A stretch of 64,000 nucleotides of DNA from Eledone cirrhosa (GCA_964016885.1 OZ024744.1:66774001-66838000); one strand, 5' to 3'. Shown: positions 27,318 to 41,587, numbered from the stretch's first letter. Program-made: numbers and translations. The notes: generated from the letters alone by a model not told the origin.

Positions 27318-27320
<3 letters not shown>
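26985..27320 (+). mobile_element. tRNA-derived CORE-like SINE
   Basis: Full-length copy of the 24265-24606 family in the opposite orientation. Confidence 0.85.
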
Positions 27321-27363
<43 letters not shown>

Positions 27364-27442
27364 ATAAGAGATATTTAATTATATATATACATATATGAAG
27401 ATGGACGTTAAGCGATGATGATGATGATGATATATATATATA

Positions 27443-29440
27443 CAGTGGCGTTGCTAGGGTGTGGCAAGCAGGGCACATGCCACGGTCGCCATATTTAGGG
27501 GGGGGGGGGCGCAATTTCGACCTAGATCGATTTACATCCATGTCGTTTTTATCATTTTAAAAAATATAAGCCAAAAATGAAGCATGTGATTTCTTGATAG
27601 CCGACTTCCACGCCATGTATAGTGCACTAGACAGAGCAGATGTATGATTTGACTTCACAAAAACGCCCCCCCCCACACACACTGACAGCAGGGTGGGTTG
27701 CAACTATGCGGGCGCTATTTTTAGCTATACATTGCAAAACAGCGGATACCTCACTTGACCTCACAACCCCCCCCCACACACACACACACACACACACTGA
27801 CTGAAGGGACGTAGTTTTGGACGTGCAACTGGTGGACACGTAGGCGCTATTTTTAGCGATGCATTGCAATGACCAATACAAGATAATTATAATTATGAAG
27901 CTGGTTTACAAAACAGAGTAGTTTGTCTTTTACATCTGGTACATAAGACGTATAGAAAAGTTATCATAATCCAAATGGCCAGATAGGATCGGATAGCTTC
28001 TATTAGGAATTCAATTTGACTCCAGTTTAGATGGTTCAATGTTTTGTTCTATAATACAGTTCGTCAGAATTTACTAAATCGTATCCAAAAAGCAAGATAC
28101 TATGGCCTGCTGATTGATTCGACCCCTGACCAGGCGCACCGAGAACAACTGTCAAAAGTTGTGCGATATGTCGATGTTGATTTTAATATGAAGACGGTCG
28201 TTGTGAGGGAATCTTTTCTTGGATTCATTCAAGTAATCAAAAAGGATGCCGCAAGCCTTGTTGAAACAATCGTGAAAGAGCTAGAAAAAGATGACCTATC
28301 ACTGCAGAACTGTCGATCGCAGTGCTGCGACAATGCTGCGACAATGCTGCCATAATGGCTGGGCACCGCAGTGGGGTTCAGCAGAGAATGAGAGAAGAAG
28401 AATTTGATTCACTTCGTTAATTGCGATAACCATTCACTTAATCTCGCTGGTCTTCATGCAGCCAAAACCGATTCTGCTATGATGAACTTTTTCAGTTGCA
28501 TTGACTCGTTATACAACTTTTTTTCTCGTTCAACACGACGATGGGAAGCCCTTAAAGAAGTTGCTCCAGTGGTTGTTAAATATGCTTCGACACGCGGTGG
28601 AGTGCTAGATGTACCGCAGTCAGACCGGTGGCGAATTATTTGACGTTGATTGTTCAAGTTCTCGAAAAAATTAGTGATGATGAAACAGAGACATGCGAGA
28701 GTAGAAGTGATGCCAGTAATCTCCATAATCGGACATTGAGTTATGAATTCCTGAACTTGATTGGATTCTGGAACACGATTCTCTCACGAATTGACCGGGT
28801 TCAAAAGAGACTTCAAGATCCAAGAATGAATTTTCCCGATGCTGCAGCTGATATAGGAGCCCTTCAACTTTATTTTAAAGAAGAAGGAACATCCTTAATC
28901 CACGAGTCTCTTGAAATGGGCTTCGATCTCTGCCAGAAATGGAATGTTGATTTTCCGAGGAGGCGAGGAAGACGACAAACCAATACCGAAATCACTGAGG
29001 ACGTCGAGGTGGCTGCCAGAAAAGAGATAGAGAGAGCAATGCAAAGTTCACACAATCGTCTTCAAACAGAAATGGAAGAACGGTTTATTCGACTTAAGGA
29101 AACCGACTCAAGTTTTAGCTTTCTTCTTGATGTCAACTATCTGTTTTATTTAGCTGCTCCTGATAACCTTGTGCTTAAACAAAGGTGGAACAATCTTGCG
29201 GAACTATTCAACTACGACATCGACAGAGAGCAATTGTATGAGGAAATCTTGGACTGCCGATCTTTGCTGGTTACTAAGACAGCTGACCCAATTTTAAAGC
29301 CGGAGGCACTTCTTCAATTCATCACACAATACGGCGATGAATGTGTTTTTCCCAATTTGCGAATAAGCATTCAAATAATGTTGACGATTTCTATTTCAAT
29401 TGCCAGTTACGAGAGGTCATTCAGAAAGCTGAAGCTAATA
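27443..29440 (+). mobile_element. hAT (Tip100/ZMYM1-like) DNA transposon, left end plus degraded transposase
   Basis: Left terminus CAGTGGCGTTGCTAG and subterminal direct repeats at 27650-27870; transposase fragments follow. No right TIR found. Confidence 0.8.
28044..29440 (+). pseudogene. hAT transposase, frameshifted and truncated
   Basis: Motifs YYGLLIDSTPDQAHREQLS, FVNCDNHSLNL, FFSRSTRRW and dimerisation motif FPNLRISIQIMLTISISIASYERSFRKLKLI, spread over three ORFs. Confidence 0.88.
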
Positions 29441-32414
29441 CATCAGCTGTCTCTGAGACAAATATAAAGAATGCAGTTTTGTCCTGCAGAAGAGTCATCA
29501 AAATGGGCACTTTGAATGTGAGGACTATTCGAACGCTGGAGAAGAGAGAGGAGTTGGGACATCTGTTCGAGGAGAGTGGTATACAGATACTTGCGATCCA
29601 AGAACACAGGATTCTACACGATGAGCCCGTGAGGAGTGTGATGATCGGGAGGAAGAGCCAGCTCATCACTACATCGGCAGTGAAGAACACAACAAATGCT
29701 GCAGTGGGAGGAGTGGGTTTTGTGTTCAGTGCAAAAACCAATCTGTTGGTGAGGGAAATAATGCCTATCTCCCCGCGAGTGTTGAGGGTGACCTTCAATG
29801 GAAACCCAAGACTGACAGTCATCTCAGCCTATAGTCCAACCGAGAGGGACAGTGATGTGAATGCCGAGGAGTTCCATGAGGAGGTGTGTAGAGCTGTCAA
29901 CACCACTCAGGCACACAATATCCTGCTTGTTTTGGGGGACTTCAATGCACATCTGAGTAAGGAGGGCAGTGAAGATCCTTGCTGGTACTTCCATAACAAC
30001 ACCAACCGAAATGGAAGACTACTGAGAGACACCCTGCTGGAGGCGAATTTGATGGCGACCAACCTAGGGTTTAGGAAGAATCTGGGGAAGATGTGGACCT
30101 ACATCTCAGATATGCACCTGTCCAAGTCCCAGATTGATTTCATTCTGGTGAGGAAAAAGTGGCGGAATAGTGTTCTGAACACGGAACCATACAGCTATTT
30201 CAGTACACTGGGTAGTGACCACCGGCTTGTTATGAGTGAGGTCCGCGTGAGCTTAAGAAAGAGCAAGGCTCAGCCCCGGAGAACAATCTATGACTGGGGA
30301 GCTTTCAAGGAAGATGATAAGCTACAGGAGAGGTTCACAGTGGAAGTGAGAAACAGGTTTAGTGCTCTGTGTGGAGAGTCAGAGGAGAGAGAGATTGGAT
30401 GGACTGAGGAGAGTGTGACGAGGAGGTACGGGCACTTCACCAATGCAGTGGCGGAAGCAAGTGAAACCCTGGTGCCGAGGAAAAAGAACAAAGGGAAGCA
30501 CGTCAGCTCTGCAAACCCAAAAGTGTGTGCAGCCAGAGAACACCTGAAAGCTGCCAGGGACCAATTCTATGCTGATCCTACGGAGGAGAGGATGGAGACT
30601 GTGGAGGTGATGAGGGAAGAGCTCTGTACCGCTTACACTGAGGTCAGAGAGGAGGCACTGATAGAGAAGATCAGAAGTGTGGAGAGAGCGGTTGACAGAT
30701 CTGGATGTAAGGAGAGCTGGATGATCATCAACGAGATCACAGGGAGGAAGAAAAGGTGTTCGAGTCAGATCCAGGGAACGGGGCCCGAGGATAGGAAGAG
30801 GAAATGGCTAGACCATTTTAGGACCCTACTAGGAGAGCCACCCTCCACAGCCCAGAGCACTGGGGAGATCAGGCGGCTGTTTGAGGAACTGGATGTTGAG
30901 ACAGAGCCCTTCACCAGAGAGGAGCTTCAGAGAGCCAAGAAGAAGATCAAGGAGGGCAAGGCTCATGGAGAAGATGGAGTGGCATCAGAGGTGATGAAGA
31001 GGTGTGATTTTGATGATATCATCCTGGGGTTCTGTAACGGGGCACTGGAGAAAGGAGTTGCCCCGAATCAGTGGAGGATCAGTAACATCGTCCCAGTGCC
31101 AAAGAAGGGAGATCTCTCTAACACCAACAACTACCGGGGGATCTCACTGACGTCACTTGTGGCAAAGACCCTCAACAGGATGATTCTTAACAGGATCCAG
31201 CCTGAGATGGAAGCTCAGGGACAACCAGAATGGCTTCAGAGAGGGTAGATCAACCACCAGTCACATCCTGATGCTGAGGAGGATATTAGAGGGAGCTAGA
31301 GCAAAGTGCCTTCCTGCGGTCATGGTTTTCATTGACTTTAGGAAGGCCTTTGATTCTGTGGACCGTTACTGCCTGATGAAGATCTTACAGGCTTATGGAA
31401 TCCCCAAGAGGATAGTGGACCTGATATCACTGCTCTACACCAACACCAAAGCCCAAGTCATTACACCTGATGGGATGACATAGTTCTTTGAGATACTGGC
31501 TGGAGTGCTCCAGGGAGATACATTGGCTCCCTACCTTTTTATCATCGTAGTGGACTATTGTATGCGCCTTGCACTGGAGAAACACCAGGACACTGGCTTT
31601 ACTGTAGCACCGGCTCAGAGCAGGAGAGTTGGGGCGAAAAAGGTATCGGATGCTGAATTTGCCGACGACATAACTTTGGTGACAAATACAGTGAAGGAGG
31701 CAGAGGATTTGATGCGGGAGGTTGAGACTGTGTCGATGAGTGTGGGGCTGAGAATGAATGAGACTAAAACAAAATATCTGGTAGAGAATGTTGAGAAGCC
31801 AGAGGGGATCACTAATGTAGGCGGGAAGCCGCTGGAATTGGTTGAGGTCTTCCTGTATTTGGGAGCAAAGATTGGGAATACGGAAGATGATGTGGTTGAG
31901 AGGAAGAGCAAGGCCTGGGCGGCGTGTCACAGCTTGAGATCGGTGTGGAAGTCGGACCTTCGTAGAGACCTGAAAATCCGCCTCTTCATTGCTGTAGTGG
32001 AGTCTGTGCTGCTGTATGGGTCTGAGACTTGGACACTGACCAAGAGACTCACTCAGATGGTGGATGGGTGCTACACGAGAATGCTGAGGATGGCTCTGAA
32101 CATTAATCAGTATACACTGAGGATGAAAAACTCAGAGCTGTATGGGAGCATCCCAAAAGTCAGCTCAAAAGTGACACAGAGGAGACTGAGGTTGGCTGGA
32201 CATGCTCACCGACATCCAGAGTTGACACTGCACTCAGTGCTCCTTTGGGAGCCCTACATGGACACACTAGAAGAGGAAGACCAAGGTTAACATATGTTGA
32301 TGCCCTAATGACAGACACTGGTCTGTTGGAGATGCAGGATATGGCAGCGATAATGAGGGACAGAGATCGCTGGAGAGAACTCGTCCATGGATCTCGGGAA
32401 TTTTACCCGCCTTA
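29441..32414 (+). mobile_element. RTE-type non-LTR retrotransposon (APE endonuclease + RT), near full-length, inactivated
   Basis: APE motifs GTLNVRT, LAIQEHR, SAYSPT, LGDFNA, QIDFIL, SDHRLV; RT motifs NYRGISL, FIDFRKAFDSV, QGDTLAP, FADDI. Frameshifts at ~31215 and ~32257, stop at 31481; ends in (TA)n. Confidence 0.92.
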
Positions 32415-32715
<301 letters not shown>

Positions 32716-33289
32716 AATATATATATGTATCAGCATCGTCACTATGTCTATTTTCCTTACATGCATGGATTTGACTGTTTGTCAAATGATGTACTAAGGC
32801 TATAGAGGTTAGAGAGCTGCATCTCTTGCATATATTCAATTCTGACCTAGTTTCTACTGCTGGATAGCCTTCCTAATACCAACCACTTCACAGTATACAT
32901 TGGGTGTGTTTATCATGGCATTGCCTCTATGACATTACAGGGTGGACTGGGTGTCTTTTATTGTGGCACTACCACTACTCCTTTATCATGTTGGCTGGCT
33001 GCATTTTACTATAGCACCAGCACTACAACTATACAAATTGGGCTGAGTGCATTTTTATGTTGCACCAGCACTATCATTTTTCAACACTAGGGCATTTCAT
33101 GTATCCTTAGCCACACTGGGGGTAGGGTACATGTTTCTTTCCAAGGGAGGGTGTTTGTGGTAGGGAGAGATGTCCTTAAAGAGTGATTGATGTCTGGAAG
33201 TTTATAGTGAGACGCAACCATCTTTCAAATAGTAAGTCCTTTGAGGTATATATATACCGATAAATATATGTATTAGATGAAAGAATGGT

Positions 33290-34535
33290 ATTTAACTAAT
33301 GTATTGGTACGCAATGGGGCCCACCCACAACCCTGGCGGACAGAATGGAGAAGGCGTTTCCCCGGAGGACGGCAAGGGAGACGCGCTGGAAAAGCCACTC
33401 CAACTCGCGGGGCTCACATCTGCGGCTGGCCAGCTCAGCGCATTTGGTGGTGAGTAAGGAGGTAGCCCTGGGGCCGAGGACACCAGAAGTTTCCACTGCC
33501 AGGGGAACGACCGCAAGCCTGTCGGAGAGCGATCGGTATTTGAGGAGTTTGGCCCCCTCAGCCCGACGTGCAGCAGAACTTGGGTCAGTCGCAGACTGCA
33601 CCAGGTTGCGGCTGCAGAAAGTGTCGGTGCAAGTGGCATCCCAGACAAGGGGTTTGCCACCGCGGAACGGGAAGATGGTCATGCCATCTGGCCTTTTGCC
33701 GTCCCCTCGATCCAGCCCCACCGGCTCGACCTGGGAAGGGAAGCGTGCAGCGTCCAAGCCATGCTTAATGACCTCGTTGAGGGCAGTATGGCGTGGAATG
33801 CGGCCGGCACTGTGGCGACAGAAAAGCGGGTGGAGGCCGAAAGAGTCCACGGTGGAACCGCAGCGACATTGGTGTGGCTGGCAGATCCGGAGGCCGAGCC
33901 TCAGCGAAACGCCGATTCGCAGGCTATGGTTGTCTAGCTGCGTGCCAGTGGAGAAGGAGGGCAGAGCATGGAGCCAGGCACCACTGTGGGGTTTGAAGGC
34001 CGCACGAAAACAAGCAAGGCGGTGCTGGTCGAGCTGGCGCGTGAGCCTGTCTGAGGCCAGGCTGCACTGGATGGCATCCCAAGTGCGTTGGGGGGACTTG
34101 ACGTCAACAGGAGGAGAAGGAGGAGGGACGTCTACTGGGCTAAGTCCCAGCCGGTCCCACGTCTCACAGGCGGCCTCACGTTCTCTGAACACAGAGGGTT
34201 CTGTTGTGTTCTGAAGAAACCTGCTGACGAGGATGCGGCACGAGGTTACCGACGAAAGCTACGCCGGCAAAGCTAGTGAGATCGGGGACCGGAGGCCTAG
34301 GCCGCCATACCTGACCGGTAAAGTGGCCTGTTGCCACCCAATGTCGTCAAACTTGACGTTGCATATCCCCTCGGCTGCTGCTCGGATACAAGTATCGAGG
34401 TCAGCGAGGAGAGATGTCTGGGTGTAGCATGGAGAGCTGCGGAGTGTATAGAGGAGCTTCGGCATGGCGAAGCAGTTCCTCAGCAGAAAGAGAGCTGGGT
34501 GGCCGTCAATGAAGCCCAGTCGGTCGTGAGAGTCA
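33290..34535 (-). mobile_element. 5'-truncated CRE-like non-LTR retrotransposon with restriction-like endonuclease
   Basis: QATLPVRYGGLGLRS, zinc knuckle CRCGSTVDSFGLHPLFC, RH..LN, KRPDG, VWDATCTD (PD-(D/E)xK type); a single in-frame stop at 34259 separates the two ORFs; GC-rich relative to flanks. Confidence 0.88.
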
Positions 34536-34899
34536 TGCTAGCATGACAAGATGATGAACAGGATATTCAGACCTGTGAAGAGTGGGGGTAAGTAATTTAG
34601 TCATGTGGGCGATCTTTGAGTAAGAGATTTAGCCAGTGACATTTGGCAGTACACTGTCATGAGCTGGGCAAGGAAGGAGGAATCAGAGATGAGAATGAGG
34701 TGTGGGAAGACTCAGGTGGTGTAGGAGTGGAGGAGTAGAGGAGTACAAGTGTGTGAGCTGAATGATTAGATGGGGGGAGAGAAATTAGATAGTGAGGGAA
34801 GAGGAGATGAAAGAGAGAAGGGGGTCCTAAATTTCATTATACCATTCTACTTTTTACTACCATCCTCTCCATGCTTGTTTCAACCATGTTCATGTGGGA

Positions 34900-35450
34900 A
34901 GGCAAGCCTTCTATAGAATGGAACATTGCCAGTCAACTTGGTCCTGTATCATTTCTTTTGTAAGATTCAGCTTTGGCTACATTATCCCAAGTTTTCCTTG
35001 GTTTGCCTTTTCCACAGTTTCCATCACTTTGAGTGCTCTGAACTGTTTTATGCACCTGTCATTCTCCATACTAATCACATGTCCAAACCAACACAGTCTT
35101 CTTTCCTGTATACTGCTCTGCTTTGCTTTCAGTTCATTGATGTTTCATCTCTCATGACCACTAACATTACACATCAATAGGAACATACTTGGCACATTTC
35201 TTTCCAATCTTCACACATCCTCTTCATTCAAGGCCCGTCTCCCTACCATGCAGCATCGCAGTTCTAACACAAGCAATCTACCTTTCATTTGTAACCAGCA
35301 GTGTAGGTAGCTCCCGGAACTTCTTTTACCCAGATCTCACTCTAGATACTGTACTTTCAGAACATTGCTCCTCTACCTCTCCTATTAATTAAATCTCCAA
35401 GAAAGCAGAAGCTACCAACCACTTCTAGGATGACATCTGAGCATTTGATA
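34900..35450 (-). mobile_element. Old RTE-type LINE 3' fragment
   Basis: Minus-strand translation includes IQERRLCWFGHV, the RTE C-terminal RLxWxGH motif; heavily decayed. Confidence 0.5.
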
Positions 35451-35511
35451 GTCTTTGTTTTCTGTGACCACTTTCTGCTTTTTTTTTAATGCTCACCTTT
35501 GATTTACATTA

Positions 35512-35695
35512 ACTGGCAGTATCGATAAAGCGTCAGACACCATGCTTTGCAGCATAGAGTTACGCCACTTTACGTTTTGAGTTCAAATCCCGCCGAAATG
35601 AGCTTTGCTTTTTATCCTTACGGAGTCGACAAAATAAAGCACCAGTAATACACTGGGGTAATTGCTGGCCTTGTGCCAAAAGTAGAAACAATTAT
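35512..35695 (+). mobile_element. Nin/Deu-domain SINE
   Basis: Same family as 24065. Confidence 0.8.
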
Positions 35696-35807
35696 TTTAT
35701 GAACACATATATACACCAGGTCTGAACACAGAGGAACCAAACTCCCACTGTCACTGTCTCCATCTCTCCTGTTCTCCTCATCTCTTATTGTTGTGAGCAA
35801 ATAGATT

Positions 35808-36002
35808 GGCGGTGGAGTGGCAGTATCGGCAGAGGGTCGGATGCCATGCTTTGTAGCATAGAATTACGGACCTTTACGGTCTGAGTTCAAATCCCGTCGA
35901 GTTTAACTTTGCCTTTCATCCTTTTGGGATCGATGAAATAAAGTACCAGTAATGTACTGGGTAATTGCAGGCCTTGTGCCAAAAATAAGAAACAATTATT
36001 AT
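35808..36002 (+). mobile_element. Nin/Deu-domain SINE
   Basis: Same family as 24065. Confidence 0.85.
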
Positions 36003-36564
36003 GAGCAAATGGTGGCCCGCGCGTTGGCTGCCCTGCAGCCCCGGTGGACAGCATAGAAAAGGCATTATCCCCCAACAAACACTCACACACACACACACAT
36101 ACACACATACACACAATATATATATATACCTATATATATATGAGGTGAATTGGGAAAAATCATTAGAAAATGGTCTAGAATGCTTTACAGCAATTATTCC
36201 AGCTCCCTGTGTTCTCAGTTTAAATTCTGCCCAGGTCAACTTATCAGCTTTCATCCTTTCAAAGCTGATAAATAAAATAAAGTGCCAGTTCGATACCAGA
36301 GTGTATTCTTCCTCTTTCTTGTTTACTGCCTATCTCTCTGTCTGTATGTCGGCTGTCTGTCTCTCTGTCTGTCTGTCTGTTTCCAATTCTCTCACTGTCA
36401 TTCTTTTGACAAAATTGATGCTCAAACTTAGAGAAGCTTTTGGATCTGTTAGGTTTAAATGCTAAAAACACGCTGTACTGTACATTATGATGGTGCTAAT
36501 ATGACTTCACCGGGAGTTCAGGACCCATGGCATGGATGGATAGAGAGACACAAACACGCAGATA

Positions 36565-36617
<53 letters not shown>

Positions 36618-37740
36618 ATAATAATAAATTTGAAGACTAAAATCCAAAGAGGGCTCGATAAGGAAAATATATATCAAATATATAAGAACCGTAGAGCAAA
36701 TATTTATTAAAATAACAGATTAAAGTTTAAGCAAAGAATCGCTGCTTTCACCCTTAACGGGATCTTCTGAAACTAACAAAGTCAATCTGTAAACGCAGAA
36801 CTGGATATTTCAAAAAACGTTGCAACCGGAGGAAGACAGGAAGACGATACTTTGGTTCGTGGAAACGTTCGCTGGCGAAGAACGGGAAAAAACGAATAAT
36901 ACGTCATTAATAGGAGCGGTGAAAAACATTTACGCGCAAAGACAGAACCACGTTTATGGTATAAAAGAGGTCGTAGACTAATGTTCTCTTAGGTGGTGCA
37001 TAGAGACGTTCTCTGGCAATGAACGAAAAAACGAAGATAATACGTCATATGTGGACCGTGGAGAACAATAGCACGCAAAGACAAAACCACGTAAATGGTA
37101 TAGCAGAAGTCGTAGACTAAAATTCTAACTAGGAGACCAAATGAATCTCCGCTACAGAGTTAAGAACAAAGTAAATAAATACAATACAGAAGTAATAAAT
37201 AAATACATACACGCAAACAAAAACGTACATACACAAGCATACGCAAAACCTTACCATAGGTATACAAAACCACGCACATATAAATATGTGTGTGTGTATG
37301 CGTGTATACAAATAAATAAATAATTATATAAACGTATATAAATAAATAAATACGTTATATAACAAGCGCACACACATACCTACATATAAATACACGAATG
37401 TTCGGAGACGTAAGTCAACTAAAACAAGAAGTACACATATACACACACCCACCATACGTACGAACCTACATAATCACACAGAATATATAAAATTATACGC
37501 CATAGCAATCAAATATGCGTACGAGAAGGTATACGTACCTTCACAAAACATACGGGTAGTATATACTTACCTATGCAAATAAGTAAAGGAATAAACAAAA
37601 CATATACTTAGCTCCCACATCAAGACGTAAAATATCCACGTATAGATCGTACTATCCGTTAGGGTATAACGTGGGGCTGTAATACAGGAAAGTTTTGTAC
37701 AATTTATGTTTACAAGCCGAAATTGGCTCAGATTTTTTGT

Positions 37741-39781
37741 TTAAGATGTGGTCTGCGGCGTAGAGTATTTCCAGGGATCAGCGGCGCAGAGGTCACATGG
37801 TCTTTTATTTCCGTTATACGATCTAGCCCTATCTAGGATCTCCCAGTGTAACTTATATTGGGTGTGGTTGTCTTTTAGACTCCAGATATAAGCTGAAAGT
37901 GACGTCATATTCCTTCTTAGAGGGTAGCGAAAAGAATGGGTATGCATGTAAAGACGCTGCTTGAAACTATTGGCGGTTAACCCTATGTAGGCCCTACGGG
38001 ACGTGGGTGTTACAACCTTACATTTGTAGACAATGTTATTAGAGAGGCATTTCCCGGATAGGGGGCAAACAGCCCGATTCCTACAATTACAGTTAGTACT
38101 AACTACAGGGTTGCACGTGTTCCTACGGCTAGGTAGTTTAGCTAAATTTGAAGCTGTGATGTTATGTGCAAGGTTAGGAGTCGTAGAGTAAGAAATTTTA
38201 ATAGTATTTCTATTAAAAATTTTACTATATTTATGTGTAGGGGGGAAATGCTTCGTAATAAGGGAAAGAAAGATCTTAACTAATGGTGTGGCCACCTCCA
38301 TATTATATGGTGGGTTAAACCAACAAATGCGACGGGATCTATTTCTTCTAGGTCTATTTTCGTACTCTGTATATGCTACCTTATCGACAAATCCACTTCG
38401 AGCAAGAGCTTCATTGTAATAAGTGGAATGGTCGTTGAAAATGCGCTCGTTGGTGGAAAGACGGGAAAGCCTCAACGAAACGTTTCTCACCAGGTTCTTG
38501 GTTATGCTGGCAGGATGGTTGGAACGCTTACTTATGTAATTAAGCGTATCATTCGGCTTTCTATACGGGTAATACAACCCATTCAATAAATTGAGGGTAA
38601 CGTCGAGGCAATTAACGACCGAGAGATTGGCCTCAACCTGTATAGAGAGGTTGAAGCCTTTAAAGAAGGCTGTGAGTTCTTTTCTGAACCTGTCGCAAGC
38701 ACGAGGTCCGCACTTAGTCATGGTCAAAGGACCATCGTCACGGTACAAACCACCGCCCGCGTTGGGGAATTCGTCCTTGATAGAGAAAAGAAGGAAAAGG
38801 CCAATAAGATCAGTAACCTCTGCAGAGTCACTGGCGCCCATACTCACGTCGAATGGGGTACTATTGGATTTTTTAATCCAAATAGAGTCGTCGAAATTAA
38901 TCACCGACTTTCGGGCATTAAGGATGACATCAACTTCAAAATCCTTAACCACTGTGAGTGTTTTAGCGAAATTGATAGCTCTAAGGAGAAGTGGTAAAGT
39001 GATGGAGGAGTAGTAATTGTTGATGTCGAATTGGATAAAACGGCAATGTTCCTTGTTACATATGCCGTTGAACCAATCAATCACCGCGAAAGAATTATTC
39101 CACAGTGCGAGAGGGGCCAAACTTCTAATTTCAGGTATAATTCTATCAGGAATCGTTTTACTAAGTCTACCTAAATCGGACTTCGTAGGGTTAATAAGCC
39201 GAATAGAGGGGTTGTTCGGAAAATTGGATTTGTGATCCTTCAGGGTAAAGTGGGGAGAAATAGGGTCCAGAGGTTCGGTCCGGTCCAGGATGTTGAGATC
39301 AGATGTGATTTTAAACCCAGCATCGTTGATTTCATTGATGACGCACCGATTAGTTTTACGGTAATCCTTAGTTACAGCATTATGTAGTAGTTGATGGTAA
39401 GTACTGCGCTCCACTTGATATAGGTTGCCAGTTTTTTCGGAATGGACGTGCACGGCGTTAGTATCCTTAATAGAACGAATTCTATTCTTCAGGTCTAGCT
39501 GGAAGGAATTGTTCCCTATTCCGAAATTTGATACTCCGAATGAGTTTCAAGACATCATTTTCGAAGGGTAGCAATGCTGGGTTCCACGGGGGGTTATTAT
39601 AGGTTTTAAATCCAAATTTATCCTGTTTGTTGTCTGCTTTTCGCGGATTATCGAAATAAAAGGCACGCCAACGCAACCTTTTAATGAACGCGTCTGTTTT
39701 CTGTATCAGGAGTTTTAGGTATGTTTTCCTGCTTGGTACGGGTATGTTCTTTGTAGAAATATTCAGATGTTGTTTCTGCAT
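37741..39781 (-). pseudogene. PLE polyprotein: reverse transcriptase + Cys-rich linker + C-terminal GIY-YIG endonuclease
   Basis: N-terminal STKNIPVP..IKRLRWRA, RT motifs QFDINNYYSSI and LYRDD, WFNPPY, CNCRNRAVCPLSGKCL, IVYKC...AYIGLT...FKQRLYMH; one frameshift near 39515. Confidence 0.92.
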
Positions 39782-40046
39782 GATGAATATAAGTCAGTAG
39801 AGTGCTCAACCGAGGGAGCCAAATAGTAATAATAATAAATTTGAAGACTAAAATCCAAAGAGGGCTCGATAAGGATAAATATATATCAAATATATAAGAA
39901 CCGTAGAGCAAATATTTATTAAAATAACAGATTAAAGTTTAAGCAAAGAATCGCTGCTTTCACCCTTAACGGGATCTTCTGAAACTAACAAAGTCAATCT
40001 GTAAACGCAGAACTGGATATTTCAAAAAACGTTGCAACCGGAGGAA

Positions 40047-40568
40047 TCCCTTATTACGAAGCATTTTCCCCCTACACAATATAGTAAAATTTTTAATAGA
40101 AATACTATTAAAATTTCTTACTCTACGACTCCTAACCTTGCACATAACATCACAGCTTCAAATTTAGCTAAACTACCTAGCCGTAGGAACACGTGCAACC
40201 CTGTAGTTAGTACTAACTGTAATTGTAGGAATCGGGCTGTTTGCCCCCTATCCGGGAAATGCCTCTCTAATAACATTGTCTACAAATGTAAGATTGTAAC
40301 ACCCACGTCCCGTAGGGCCTACATAGGGTTAACCGCCAATAGTTTCAAGCAGCGTCTTTACATGCATACCCATTCTTTTCGCTACCCTCTAAGAAGGAAT
40401 ATGACGTCACTTTCAGCTTATATCTGGAGTCTAAAAGACAACCACACCCAATATAAGTTACACTGGGAGATCCTAGATAGGGCTAGATCGTATAACGGAA
40501 ATAAAAGACCATGTGACCTCTGCGCCGCTGATCCCTGGAAATACTCTACCCCGCAGACCACATCTTAA
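40047..40568 (+). pseudogene. Inverted duplicate of the PLE GIY-YIG region
   Basis: ORF 40032-40568 is almost identical to the C-terminus of ORF 37741-39453. Confidence 0.9.
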
Positions 40569-41536
40569 ACAAAAAATCTGAGCCAATTTCGGCTTGTAAA
40601 CATAAATTGTACAAAACTTTCCTGTATTACAGCCCCACGTTATACCCTAACGGATAGTACGATCTATACGTGGATATTTTACGTCTTGATGTGGGAGCTA
40701 AGTATATGTTTTGTTTATTCCTTTACTTATTTGCATAGGTAAGTATATACTACCCGTATGTTTTGTGAAGGTACGTATACCTTCTCGTACGTATATTTGA
40801 TTGCTATGGCGTATAATTTTATATATTCTGTGTGATTATGTAGGTTCGTACGTATGGTGGGTGTGTGTATATGTGTACTTCTTGTTTTAGTTGACTTACG
40901 TCTCCGAACATTCGTGTATTTATATGTAGGTATGTGTGTGCGCTTGTTATATAACGTATTTATTTATTTATATACGTTTATATAATTATTTATTTATTTG
41001 TATACACGCATACACACACACACATATTTATATGTGCGTGGTTTTGTATACCTATGGTAAGGTTTTGCGTATGCTTGTGTATGTACGTTTTTGTTTGCGT
41101 GTATGTATTTATTTATTACTTCTGTATTGTATTTATTTACTTTGTTCTTAACTCTGTAGCGGAGATTCATTTGGTCTCCTAGTTAGAATTTTAGTCTACG
41201 ACTTCTGCTATACCATTTACGTGGTTTTGTCTTTGCGTGCTATTGTTCTCCACGCTCCACATATGACGTATTATCTTCGTTTTTTCGTTCATTGTCAGAG
41301 AACGTCTCTATGCACCACCCAAGAGAACATTAGTCTACGACCTCTTTTATACAATAAACGTGGTTCTGTCTTTGCGCGTAAATGTTTTTCACCGCTCCTA
41401 TTAATGACGTATTATTCGTTTTTTCCCGTTCTTCGCCAGCGAACGTTTCCACGAACCAAAGTATCGTCTTCCTGTCTTCCTCCGGTTGCAACGTTTTTTG
41501 AAATATCCAGTTCTGCGTTTACAGATTGACTTTGTT

Positions 41537-41587
41537 AGTTTCAGAAGATCCCGTTAAGGGTGAAAGCAGCGATTCTTTGCTTAAACT
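41537..41587 (+). ncRNA. Hammerhead-like fold with non-canonical CAGAAGA core in the PLE pLTR (also 36724-36774 -, 39936-39986 -, 63408-63458 -)
   Basis: AGTTT-CAGAAGA-TCCC/gttaa/GGGT-GAAA-GCAG..TTGC-TT-AAACT; stems I, II and III all pair. Confidence 0.6.

Noticed and set aside
29341-29440. Apparent hAT-LINE fusion protein (ORF 29341-31248)
   Set aside because: The first ~33 codons are an off-frame reading of the hAT sequence upstream of the insertion junction.
33345-34214. 289-aa plus-strand ORF and other antisense ORFs over the LINEs and PLE
   Set aside because: Shadow frames of GC-rich retroelement coding sequence with no motifs of their own.
37741-39781. Selenoprotein-type (Naiad) PLE
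   Set aside because: The endonuclease is C-terminal and there are no in-frame TGA codons at Cys positions.
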